DNA of 64,000 bases. It comes from Bacteroidota bacterium (GTDB taxonomy: Bacteria; Bacteroidota; Bacteroidia; Bacteroidales; JAAUTT01). The notes beneath the pieces were generated by a model. That model was not told the origin of the DNA. It saw only the letters and a program-made list of their open reading frames with translations, and did no database searches. Where the stretch lies: NCBI GenBank assembly GCA_021779665.1, contig JAJYAG010000001.1, forward strand, positions 67,396-131,395, in the 5' to 3' direction. Made by a program: the position numbers and the translations under genes. Of the stretch, positions 1 through 8,614 are shown piece by piece (position 1 is the first letter of the stretch; each line of letters starts with the position of its first letter).

Positions 1-510
1 CGCTCCATGGCATAACATGCACTTGGCTTTGATAATTGGACAAAAGCTGATTGAAATTGCTCCTTTAAAGGTATTCTCCGGGGCCTGGGCAAGTGTGCCA
101 TAAACCAGGGCAGCTCCCGACAAATAGCCCACTAATATTGGCTTAAAGTATTGTGCAAAATTGTATTTCTTTTGTAATGAAAGGCTTAGTATCTCAAAAT
201 CACCTGCCGGATACAAACACTTTACTTTTTGGCAGCCAGCTCTTTTAAAATATTCACGCGTGTCCAGACCCACCACCATTGCTCCCTGGGACACCAGGTT
301 TTTGGTCATGACAGAAGCACTGGTACCCCGACCCTCTTTTTCTGAAACAAAAAGAACAAAGGCGTTTGGTTTTGATATGGGTTTGTTCACCACAACCCTG
401 CCAAAGGTGTTGAAGGCAAGTGTATCAACAGAAATTGTATGAGAATAGCTTTTTATAAACGCTGTAAAAAACAGGCAGATGATAAATAGATATTTCAGCA
501 AAGTCTTCAT
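1..510 (-). CDS. VirJ/AcvB-like protein (lysyl-phosphatidylglycerol hydrolase family), 5' portion only. The gene starts at 510 and runs off the window start. Signal peptide MKTLLKYLFIICLFFTAF.
   Basis: Manual translation of the minus strand from the ATG at 510 gives an uninterrupted frame to position 1. The ORF track does not list it because it is truncated. It sits directly downstream of mprF, the known mprF-acvB/virJ pairing. Confidence 0.5.
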   Translation of the reverse strand, partial: MKTLLKYLFIICLFFTAFIKSYSHTISVDTLAFNTFGRVVVNKPISKPNAFVLFVSEKEGRGTSASVMTKNLVSQGAMVVGLDTREYFKRAGCQKVKCLYPAGDFEILSLSLQKKYNFAQYFKPILVGYLSGAALVYGTLAQAPENTFKGAISISFCPIIKAKCMLCHGA

Positions 511-530
511 TTTAATACGATTTACTTCAA

Positions 531-1211
531 TCAAGCCGCCCGGGCAGGTTTTCTAAACATAAAAAAAGCAATGGCGATGAGATAAATATATGAATTAAGC
601 ATCATCAGCCGCTGCCACAAACCCTGATAGCTACTTAGAAAGTTACTTTTATCGTTCGAAATCCGAAATGAAAACAATATCAAAAAGAATATACCCATTA
701 TAAACACAACATTCGAAACTTTGTGGAAGAAAGGAAATTCAGCATCAGCGATTACTTTTTTCATTACAAGTGGTAATACTAATATTGCTACAATGCCAAT
801 CCCACCGAGTACATCGTGAATCACAGCCGATGAGGTTAATACCCCTCCTAAATGATGGTTCGCCTTAAAGGCGCCTGACCCGATGCCTTCGCCCGCCCCA
901 TATACCGCTATAAGCCATGAAGCCGTTGCAGAAGCTTTGCCTTGCGACCTAAAGGCGAAATAAACTCCAATTCCATAAAATATGAAAAGCAATCCCGCAA
1001 CAATCCACCATGCAGACATTTGATCGGATACCGGGCTTATGGAGGCTCCTAATGAGCTCATTGTGTTTTTCATTTGACTGTATCCGGTGAAATAACTTCC
1101 CAGAATAAACATCACTGCAAAATCGCCCACACAGGCAATAATGCACGCAACTCCGGAGATTTTGACAATGCGGTTTGAAGTTAAATTATCATATTTTAAA
1201 AATTCCAACAT
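531..1211 (-). CDS. hypothetical multi-pass membrane protein (about 6 hydrophobic helices)
   Basis: 226-aa ORF with strong hydrophobic periodicity. Its start codon overlaps the mprF stop (TAATG). It lies in the same operon as mprF and the AcvB-like gene. Confidence 0.5.
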   Translation of the reverse strand: MLEFLKYDNLTSNRIVKISGVACIIACVGDFAVMFILGSYFTGYSQMKNTMSSLGASISPVSDQMSAWWIVAGLLFIFYGIGVYFAFRSQGKASATASWLIAVYGAGEGIGSGAFKANHHLGGVLTSSAVIHDVLGGIGIVAILVLPLVMKKVIADAEFPFFHKVSNVVFIMGIFFLILFSFRISNDKSNFLSSYQGLWQRLMMLNSYIYLIAIAFFMFRKPARAA

Positions 1212-3817
1212 TAAGGTTTAATAACATTTGTTAAAACCGTGGGTAAAGAAAGTAAATCGTAATCGTGCGAATAAATCAAATACTGGTTATTCCATCGGGG
1301 AGAAAACTTCTCTTTAAATTCCCGCAAACCTTTATAATGCGAAAAAGCCTTTATTTTTTCATAGGCAAACTTCATCGATTTTTCCGGAAAAGTATGAGGA
1401 TCATTCAGTCCGCTCATGGGTGCAAGACCGAGGTTAACCGATGAATAATTCTGCTTCTTTAAATAATTAAAAAGTTCTACCAGTATAAAATCCATGATAC
1501 CATTGGGTGCATCGCTGGTTTTGCGGATCAGGTCGTAGGTACCTTCACCTTTGGCATAATCGGGAATTATATTTAAAAAGGCAATTATCTTTTCTTCGTG
1601 GTTTTCCACGGTAATTATTGTCTGTAATTTTAATTCCTCCCAAACAAACATCCCCTGTGAAAAAACAATCTCTTCTCTTTCAGTTTCCTTTAGCCATTCA
1701 TCGCTCACCGATTTTAATTTTTGTAGCAGCCCGTCCTTTATGGGTGGTGTGTGAACAGTTGCTTTCAGACCTTTATCACTTACCTTCTTTAAGGCGTTGC
1801 GAATGGATTTCTTACTGCCTCCTTCGAGCGAAAACGTGGTTAAATCGACAATTCCTTCCTGTCCAAGAAATAAATTCTTCTTTCCTAAGGTATTATATAT
1901 GTTTAAACTTTCCTCCGGAACCCTGTAATAAATGCTTTTCAACCCGTTTTCGTAACAAAATTGGTCGAATTGAGCAATACATACTTTAAGTTCGTTCAAG
2001 TTCTTTGCCACAGGGTTCTCCAGAACAACAGCAAAGTTTCCTGTTATCCGGTAAGCAATGAAGGCATTCTGGCTTTGCGATAGAAAAATCAGTTTATCCG
2101 AATAGGTTTTAAAATAATCAAGACCGGAGTTTCCGTAAGATTTTGAAAGTTCGGTTGCAGTAATTTTCTCATCGGTTAAAACATTCGTTTTAAGAATATA
2201 GGGTTGAATTAAGGTGTAAATCAGGAACCCGATCGATAATATACCGCTGATTTTGATTGAAACCACAAAATGAGCCGCAAATCCTCCAACGGGAACCAAA
2301 TCGGCACTGCCAACCAGAAAATAGTTCTGGAGTGTGTATTTTACGGCCTGAAGTAAACTAAAATCAATGTTAAAATATTTTTTATCGATAAAATAAAAAC
2401 CTATAATGCCGTATAGCAAAACAACAAACACGCTGAATATTGATGTTTGCAACCCAATTAAACGAAGACGCGGATTGTTTTTAATGTAATATTCCTTTCG
2501 TGTGACAAGCAGGATTGTTATAACAACACAGGCAACAATAGCTTCTTCAAAGTCTATAGCCTTTGTTAAATGCCCCACTGCTGAAATAACACTTAAAACG
2601 AGTGCAAACCACCAGGCGGTGCGTAACCCTTTCAGCATAAAAGTAGCTGTAACCAATAAAAACAAACCAGCCGTGAACACCAAATAGTTGGATGCATGAA
2701 TGGCCTGAACGGGTAAAAAGTTGGTTATCCGTGCCAATCTCCCGGCTATGGCCGGGGTGAGGACAGAAACAATATTTAGTATTCCCAGGCACAGCAACAG
2801 CAATGCCGGAATAACACGCATCAACAATTTATTTATTTTCAAAAGGAATGTAACGGCACCGGCAAGCAAGGGAGTCCAGAATTCAAAAAACCGGTACATA
2901 AAGGTAATTGCGATGGCTTCGACATTTCCAAAACCCATGCGAATGAGAATATAACTCATTGAAAATTCGATAGCTCCCAGTCCTCTCAAAAAAGGCGATA
3001 CAATTAAAAAAATAACCGAGACAATATAACCAATACAAGCAGCAAGCACCGAGGGTGTAAAGTTCAAAGCCAGCATTGCAATAAGCAGATGGCTTATGCC
3101 GACTATTTCTATTAAAATGGAATAGAATACAGTTAATAAGAATTGGTTACGGTCAATTTTATTATTCTGTAAATCGTCCATAAACACTTCCGATTTAGGA
3201 AAAAGCTTTACCAATCCTTTAAATATTAAACCTTTACTTATTATTGAGCGATATGTCAAAATAATAAGTAAAGTCACCAAGGTAATGGAACCTAAAGCAA
3301 ACCATTCTCCCGAACCAACGGCTCCTTCAAACAATGCAAAAATGAATACAGGAATTGCCACAATAACCACCGAAAGAATCCCGATAAACCCATAAATTGA
3401 AGAAGCAAAGTAAATCTGTGTTTCTTTAACGCCCTTTTTCTCAATAGAGTTGGAAAAAAAAGCTAACGACGACACTCCTCCTGCCGGCAGAAAAACACTT
3501 ATAAAGTTTCGTTTCAAAAATAGTGTGACAGTGTCGGACAGGGATACTTTACTTTTAACTGCTGCAAACGACGAGGAATACATGAGTCCCTGAAGTATAA
3601 TATAAACCGCAGTCCAGACTAAGCCCAAAATTACCCATTGCCATCTGGCATTTGTAAGCGAATGGCTTATCTGAAACAACTCGGCTTTTTCGTGCTTAAT
3701 AAACCAGATGCCAATACCAATAAAAAATACCCCAAAAACAAATTGTGCAATTATTCTTCCGTTACCCCTGATGAAAGGAACACTTCTTTCTTTGAAAAAC
3801 AGAACTACTGAATTCAT
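1211..3817 (-). CDS. mprF: bifunctional lysylphosphatidylglycerol flippase/synthetase MprF (aminoacyl-phosphatidylglycerol synthase)
   Basis: 868 aa. N-terminal half is a polytopic membrane (flippase-like) domain. C-terminal half is a soluble DUF2156/LPG_synthase_C-type domain (FIAYRITGNFAVVLENPV...). Domain order and length are typical of MprF. Confidence 0.8.
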   Translation of the reverse strand: MNSVVLFFKERSVPFIRGNGRIIAQFVFGVFFIGIGIWFIKHEKAELFQISHSLTNARWQWVILGLVWTAVYIILQGLMYSSSFAAVKSKVSLSDTVTLFLKRNFISVFLPAGGVSSLAFFSNSIEKKGVKETQIYFASSIYGFIGILSVVIVAIPVFIFALFEGAVGSGEWFALGSITLVTLLIILTYRSIISKGLIFKGLVKLFPKSEVFMDDLQNNKIDRNQFLLTVFYSILIEIVGISHLLIAMLALNFTPSVLAACIGYIVSVIFLIVSPFLRGLGAIEFSMSYILIRMGFGNVEAIAITFMYRFFEFWTPLLAGAVTFLLKINKLLMRVIPALLLLCLGILNIVSVLTPAIAGRLARITNFLPVQAIHASNYLVFTAGLFLLVTATFMLKGLRTAWWFALVLSVISAVGHLTKAIDFEEAIVACVVITILLVTRKEYYIKNNPRLRLIGLQTSIFSVFVVLLYGIIGFYFIDKKYFNIDFSLLQAVKYTLQNYFLVGSADLVPVGGFAAHFVVSIKISGILSIGFLIYTLIQPYILKTNVLTDEKITATELSKSYGNSGLDYFKTYSDKLIFLSQSQNAFIAYRITGNFAVVLENPVAKNLNELKVCIAQFDQFCYENGLKSIYYRVPEESLNIYNTLGKKNLFLGQEGIVDLTTFSLEGGSKKSIRNALKKVSDKGLKATVHTPPIKDGLLQKLKSVSDEWLKETEREEIVFSQGMFVWEELKLQTIITVENHEEKIIAFLNIIPDYAKGEGTYDLIRKTSDAPNGIMDFILVELFNYLKKQNYSSVNLGLAPMSGLNDPHTFPEKSMKFAYEKIKAFSHYKGLREFKEKFSPRWNNQYLIYSHDYDLLSLPTVLTNVIKP

Positions 3818-4195
3818 AAATACTTTTGCTTTCGTATGCGAAAGTTAAACAATAAAATAGTTGAATAGAAAGGGCTTTAACCTTAATTAACAATTTTGGA
3901 AAGAAACAAGTTGAAGTAATTTAAGACATGGATTAACACTTCTATACCAAGGTAATTTCTGCACAGTCTCCGGTGTGATCCACCCGAAGTTCGGGATAAT
4001 AATCTGAATTCCATGTAACTTAACAATTTGATATTGTGCCATGTTTGTCAGAAATCGAGAATATAATTCACATTCTTATCCAGGTTATATGGTGTTCTTC
4101 TTCTTTCTTGGCAAGTATTGCGACCGCCTGTTGATGTATTTATTTAATCGTTTATCTTTGATCTATTCTTTAAACAAACCCTAAACTTCACATGT

Positions 4196-4711
4196 ATGAA
4201 ACCAAACCAACTTTTTACGGGAATTGGCTGTATGCTGATCTTTATGGCTTTTTTAGGCAATTTAAAAGCCCAGTCGCCTGTGAATTTCTCAGGAAAATGG
4301 CAGTACGACAGAGCCAATAGCGATAAGGACAAATTTGAGTCTGAATTAGATGGCACAGTTATTTTGGAAATTAACCAAACCAACGATTCTATTTCTTTTT
4401 CAGAAACATACATATATCCCGATCGTCCTCAGTGGAAAACATCTGCCGACTCCTACAAAATCGATGGAAAAGAGCAAATCACCAAATCATCGGTCGGTAA
4501 GAGTAAGAAGTCGGCAAAATGGTCACCGGATAAGAAACTGCTTATCGTTACCAATATCGATACACAGACTGTTAAAGGAGTATTGCAGGAATTTATTGTA
4601 AGCGATACTTATAGTCTTTCTGCGGACAAGAAAACAATCATGCTCGAGAGGTACCGTAAAAATTATGTTACCGGAGAAACCAAGTCGAAAAAGATATATA
4701 CGCGGAAATAA
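4196..4711 (+). CDS. secreted/lipoprotein-like hypothetical protein (signal peptide, Lys-rich). Paralog of 50602..51111.
   Basis: N-terminal signal peptide ...FLGNLKAQSP. Shares blocks with the ORF at 50602 (FSGKWQYDRANS vs FGGTWNLNQEKS; SAKWSPDKKLLIV vs VASWSADSKELTI; LSADKKTIMLE vs ISDDKKTLTID). Confidence 0.6.
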   Translation: MKPNQLFTGIGCMLIFMAFLGNLKAQSPVNFSGKWQYDRANSDKDKFESELDGTVILEINQTNDSISFSETYIYPDRPQWKTSADSYKIDGKEQITKSSVGKSKKSAKWSPDKKLLIVTNIDTQTVKGVLQEFIVSDTYSLSADKKTIMLERYRKNYVTGETKSKKIYTRK

Positions 4712-5205
4712 TGTTTAACGACGAAGAAGAAATATCCCCTAAAAACCTTCCCATCTATAAGAAAGGTCAGGAAATTTTTGATGTAATCCGCGAGATTTGC
4801 GACTTAATCCCTGAAGAAAATGAACTACTGCAGCATGTAAAAGCAGAAATGTATGCTGATGCTTCCATGTTGACTGTAAAAATTGCTGGGGCCGAAAGAG
4901 CAGGATTATACGATCTAAAGATGGAAGCTGCAGCCATTATTCGTAAGGCCGCCCGTGACTTAATGGTTAGTAAGCATTCGTTAGAAATGTTTGGCTTTGA
5001 GTATGTGGAATATTATAAGATTGTAAGGGATTTGCTTGAAGAATACCGTTTGCTCTTTATTGATTGGGTTGCCGGTTTCGACAAGTGGAACTATGTGATC
5101 GATCGCTGGGGACTTTTTAACCCTCCGGGAGTTGGTCCATTCGATAAGGATCCTGATGAAGATATTCCATTTAACGGATTTAACGACTTCGACGATGATC
5201 TTTAA
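4711..5205 (+). CDS. hypothetical acidic cytoplasmic protein, translationally coupled to the upstream gene
   Basis: ATG overlaps the preceding TAA (TAATG at 4709..4713). 164 aa with an Asp/Glu-rich C-terminus (DPDEDIPFNGFNDFDDDL). Confidence 0.5.
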   Translation: MFNDEEEISPKNLPIYKKGQEIFDVIREICDLIPEENELLQHVKAEMYADASMLTVKIAGAERAGLYDLKMEAAAIIRKAARDLMVSKHSLEMFGFEYVEYYKIVRDLLEEYRLLFIDWVAGFDKWNYVIDRWGLFNPPGVGPFDKDPDEDIPFNGFNDFDDDL

Positions 5206-5468
5206 GTTGTTTCTAAGCTAACATCAATTAAAAAGTTAACCTAAATCAATAAACTAGTTGTCATTTCTATATCTGTGGATTGCAATCGCAATTTGTTTTT
5301 TAGTTTTCTTGCAGCAGGCTGTTTGAAAATTCAATTGCCAGTCATATTTCGACTCCGCTCAATATGACAAATAGCTGATTGTCAAAGTCAATCTGAGCGT
5401 AGTCGAAGTCTTTCAGCCCTTTAACATAACCACGTTTAATTTTAATTTTAAAACAAAAAAAGTAAAAT

Positions 5469-5792
5469 ATGCTCGAAGCAATCAAAAAATTATTAGGATT
5501 TAAAACCGTAGATTATAGCCAATTAATGCAGGAAGGTGCAATAATTTTGGACGTACGGACACCGGGCGAATTTTCCTCAGGGCATATCCGGAGATCAATA
5601 AATATTCCACTGGACAAGCTGTCAGGCAATCTCAATAAATTAAAAAATAAAGCAACTCCTGTTATTACCTGTTGTGCTTCCGGAATGAGAAGTGCGTCTG
5701 CAAAAAGTATCCTTCAATCAAAAGGATATAAGAATGTTTACAATGGTGGTTCATGGACTAGTTTAGACCGAAAAATAAATGTGAAGAATTAA
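5469..5792 (+). CDS. rhodanese-like single-domain sulfurtransferase
   Basis: 107 aa with an active-site Cys loop ITCCASGMRSASA in the position typical of single-domain rhodanese proteins. Confidence 0.75.
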   Translation: MLEAIKKLLGFKTVDYSQLMQEGAIILDVRTPGEFSSGHIRRSINIPLDKLSGNLNKLKNKATPVITCCASGMRSASAKSILQSKGYKNVYNGGSWTSLDRKINVKN

Positions 5793-5956
5793 TTGTGACG
5801 GCCTTGATTTACTCATGATGACTCCCGAAATGATAGTAAAAGAGGGACTCAATCCTTAACAAACTCCTTCTGATTAAAACCAGATAGTTCCTGTGTGAAT
5901 CCCCAAAATAAAGGGTTTAATTTTTACATTGTACTCAAAATAATTAGTTTTATCTG

Positions 5957-7384
5957 ATGGATATAGTTAATACGGAGTACAAATTTTTGAGGACTGTTGC
6001 CGGGATTTTCTCAATCAATTATAAACTTGAGGAATCGTGGCTCATAACAGGCCCATGGCGGGAAGCTCATGAAAAACTTGTTGCGCTGCTGCGAAACACT
6101 GCTATTCTTACTCCCTATAATCTTCACGAAGCCGGCATTCCACAGTTTAACTTTCCTTTTCGGACTGCTTATGTTTCGTACCAGGAAAACATTGCTGATA
6201 AGCATGCAACTTATTACCAGCAACGCTTTTATGCTACTGAAGTTGACGAAATAAAGACGTTAAAAAAATATCTGTTTGGAGAAGATGCTGATTTCAGGTC
6301 GGTTCATAAGTATTACGATTTGTTGGACTCCTTTAAATTAAGGCACTTACTCAACGAGGAGGTTGTTAAACTCTCGAACGGCGAAACAAGGAAGGCCGCT
6401 ATTCTTAAAGCTTTGCTGACCAATCGCCAGGTGCTGATTCTGGATGAACCGTTTGCCGGTATCGACCAACAAACGGTTCCAGAACTTAATTTATTGCTGC
6501 AACAATTATCATGTAACGGATTGAATATAATCCTGATAAGCAATAGCTTTCTACCCGAATGGATTTCGCAAGTTTTGCTGATAAACACTCCCGACGAAAT
6601 CAAAAAACTCCCACCGGCGGAATATAGAAAAATACTTTTGATGAAAAATGATGCTAATAGCATTGTTTCCCAATTGCATGTCCCTGCCGTTGCTGCTTTT
6701 GAGGGTGAAAACATCGTGCAGCTTAATAATGTTTCAGTGAGTTACGCCGATAAGCATGTGCTCATGAATATTAACTGGTGCATCAAACCAGGCCAGAAAT
6801 GGTTATTGAAAGGTATTAACGGCGCCGGAAAATCTACTTTACTGAGTTTAATTTATGCCGATCATCCCCAGTCGTACGCCAACGATATTGGGCTGTTTGG
6901 AAGGAAAAGAGGTTCCGGGGAGTCTATCTGGGATATAAAGGAGAAGATAGCATACTACTCCCCTGAAATGTATTATTATTTCGATAAGTCGGTTTCCTGC
7001 AGGGAGGCTATTTTGAGTGGTATTTATTTTCATCCTTTTAAAAAAGGAGTCAGAAATTTGGAACTGGAGAAGTTTGCCGAAAAACTTTTTCTATTGTTCT
7101 TCAGTGAAGATAAACTGGCTCTGCCTCTTAACCGGTTATCGGGTGTTCATCAGCGGCTGATATTGTTTTTACGAACGCTGGCCCAAAACGCTCCTTTGGT
7201 GCTTCTCGACGAACCTTTCCAGGGTTTTGATGCTGAACTGACCGAAAAGTGCAAACAACTAACCGAGTGTTGCTGCCAGGATAAAACCCTAATATTTGTC
7301 AGCCACAATGCTACAGATATGCCTAAGTTTATTACCAGGATTTTTCAATTATATAATGGAAAAGGTTTAGAAGATAAATTTTAG
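5957..7384 (+). CDS. ABC transporter ATP-binding protein with tandem nucleotide-binding domains and no transmembrane domain (ModF-like). The N-terminal domain is degenerate.
   Basis: Second domain has an intact Walker A (GINGAGKSTLLSLI), signature (LSGVHQRL) and Walker B (LLDEPFQGFD). First domain keeps signature and Walker B (LSNGETRK...LILDEPFAGID), but its Walker A position reads ITGPWREAHEKL. Confidence 0.7.
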   Translation: MDIVNTEYKFLRTVAGIFSINYKLEESWLITGPWREAHEKLVALLRNTAILTPYNLHEAGIPQFNFPFRTAYVSYQENIADKHATYYQQRFYATEVDEIKTLKKYLFGEDADFRSVHKYYDLLDSFKLRHLLNEEVVKLSNGETRKAAILKALLTNRQVLILDEPFAGIDQQTVPELNLLLQQLSCNGLNIILISNSFLPEWISQVLLINTPDEIKKLPPAEYRKILLMKNDANSIVSQLHVPAVAAFEGENIVQLNNVSVSYADKHVLMNINWCIKPGQKWLLKGINGAGKSTLLSLIYADHPQSYANDIGLFGRKRGSGESIWDIKEKIAYYSPEMYYYFDKSVSCREAILSGIYFHPFKKGVRNLELEKFAEKLFLLFFSEDKLALPLNRLSGVHQRLILFLRTLAQNAPLVLLDEPFQGFDAELTEKCKQLTECCCQDKTLIFVSHNATDMPKFITRIFQLYNGKGLEDKF

Positions 7385-7417
7385 TTAACAGGATATAAGA
7401 ATTTGGTTTATAATTGA

Positions 7418-7702
7418 CTACAGAATAACTTTATTGGATTCCTGTAAAATTAAAGGTTCTACCCAGATAATTTTATCGTCCTTTTCCGATTCGTATTTCC
7501 GAAAAATGAAATTCTCGGTTTTAGCGATTGAAAGATCATCATTCAATAAATCGAACTTTGCCTTTTTGAACTCATCCAGAATTTTCTTCTCAACGGCCGT
7601 ATCTATCCTGGGATTTATATCAAGATCCACTCTTTCAGATTTATTCTCGAGGGCTATAAACAATCCCCTTTCGCAATCTTCGAAACATGCATGTACTTCC
7701 AT
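7418..7702 (-). CDS. hypothetical protein
   Basis: 94-aa ORF, 12 nt downstream of a small ORF on the same strand. No recognisable motifs. Confidence 0.35.
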   Translation of the reverse strand: MEVHACFEDCERGLFIALENKSERVDLDINPRIDTAVEKKILDEFKKAKFDLLNDDLSIAKTENFIFRKYESEKDDKIIWVEPLILQESNKVIL

Positions 7703-7714
7703 ACTTCAAAATTT

Positions 7715-7873
7715 TAATTAACGGGAATATTATCCTTAAACTCCCAGTAAACCTGGTTTCCTTTATAATCGGGGACTACGCTTCCTTCTTTAAAAACAAA
7801 GGTAATGGACGGGCAATCCTGAACTTCCCATATTCCTGTAGCCGGACATCTTTCTCCTGTTTTAACTTTCATA
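7715..7873 (-). CDS. small hypothetical protein (52 aa, MSMKVKTGERCPATGIWEVQDCPS...)
   Basis: Manual translation, below the ORF-track cutoff. It is tandem with 7418..7702. Uncertain. Confidence 0.25.
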
Positions 7874-8201
7874 CTCATAGCATTTAAGTTTTGCTTTTGT
7901 TGGCAAATTGTATTCCTTTTTTACCCTTCATATTGATTAGCCATTTTAATCTCCTTTCTTCCAAAAACTTCAGTTTGTAAAAGAAAATCTATATAAACTT
8001 AGATGGTTCACAGAAAACACTTATCTGTGGAAAATTCTCTACGGATCGGATTTTTAATTCATTTTTTTCTTTTTTAAATGGGGGTATTCGCACGGCTAAG
8101 TATTTGATTCATTATATAATATATATTTATCAAGAAAAACCTGAAATTGGTTGGTATGTTGTCTTAAAAACAACTTTGCATTAGTAGGAACTTAAAAAAT
8201 T

Positions 8202-8549
8202 ATGCTTATGAGTCACGAAAATTATCAAAGTTGTATTGACGCATGTCAGGAATGTGCTGTTGAATGTCTTCATTGTGCAAATGCCTGTTTGCAGGAAGAT
8301 AATGTAAAAATGATGGCCCAATGCATTAAGCTGGACCAGGAATGTGCGCGGATTTGTAATCTTGCTGCCGATTTTATGGCCAGCGGAAGTGAATTTGTAA
8401 ATGAAGTTTGTATGGTGTGCGCAAATATTTGTGATGCCTGTGCCCAGGAATGCCGCAGTCACTCAGGTATGGAACATTGCCAGAGCTGCGCGGAAGCCTG
8501 CAGCATGTGCGCTGAAGAGTGCCGTAAAATGGTCCATCAGTTTGCATAA
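8202..8549 (+). CDS. four-helix-bundle copper-binding protein (Cys-rich, DUF326-like)
   Basis: 115 aa with repeated CxxxC motifs (CIDACQECAVECLHCANAC ... CANICDACAQECRSH ... CQSCAEACSMCAEECRK), characteristic of this Cys-rich family. Confidence 0.65.
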   Translation: MLMSHENYQSCIDACQECAVECLHCANACLQEDNVKMMAQCIKLDQECARICNLAADFMASGSEFVNEVCMVCANICDACAQECRSHSGMEHCQSCAEACSMCAEECRKMVHQFA

Positions 8550-8560
8550 GAAACTAAAGT

Positions 8561-8609
8561 CCTTGTCTTCCTTTTCGTTAAGAGAAATAACTGATAAGGA
8601 AGACAAGGC
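8561..8609. repeat. 13-bp perfect inverted repeat between the convergent Cu-binding and MCP genes (probable terminator)
   Basis: CCTTGTCTTCCTT-23 nt-AAGGAAGACAAGG. Confidence 0.5.
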
Positions 8610-8614
8610 AATGA

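Noticed and set aside
161-442. Plus-strand 93-aa ORF at the window start
   Set aside because: It overlaps the minus-strand VirJ/AcvB-like gene, which has a signal peptide and family-consistent sequence. The plus ORF is an antisense artefact.
1618-1989. Antisense and shadow ORFs inside long genes (e.g. 1618..1989, 2502..2954, 46445..46855, 47874..48110, 55630..56073, 28343..28756, 29972..30385, 30922..31303, 60352..60862)
   Set aside because: They lie entirely within and opposite to, or out of frame with, high-confidence CDSs. They have no motifs and low-complexity translations, so they are treated as non-coding.
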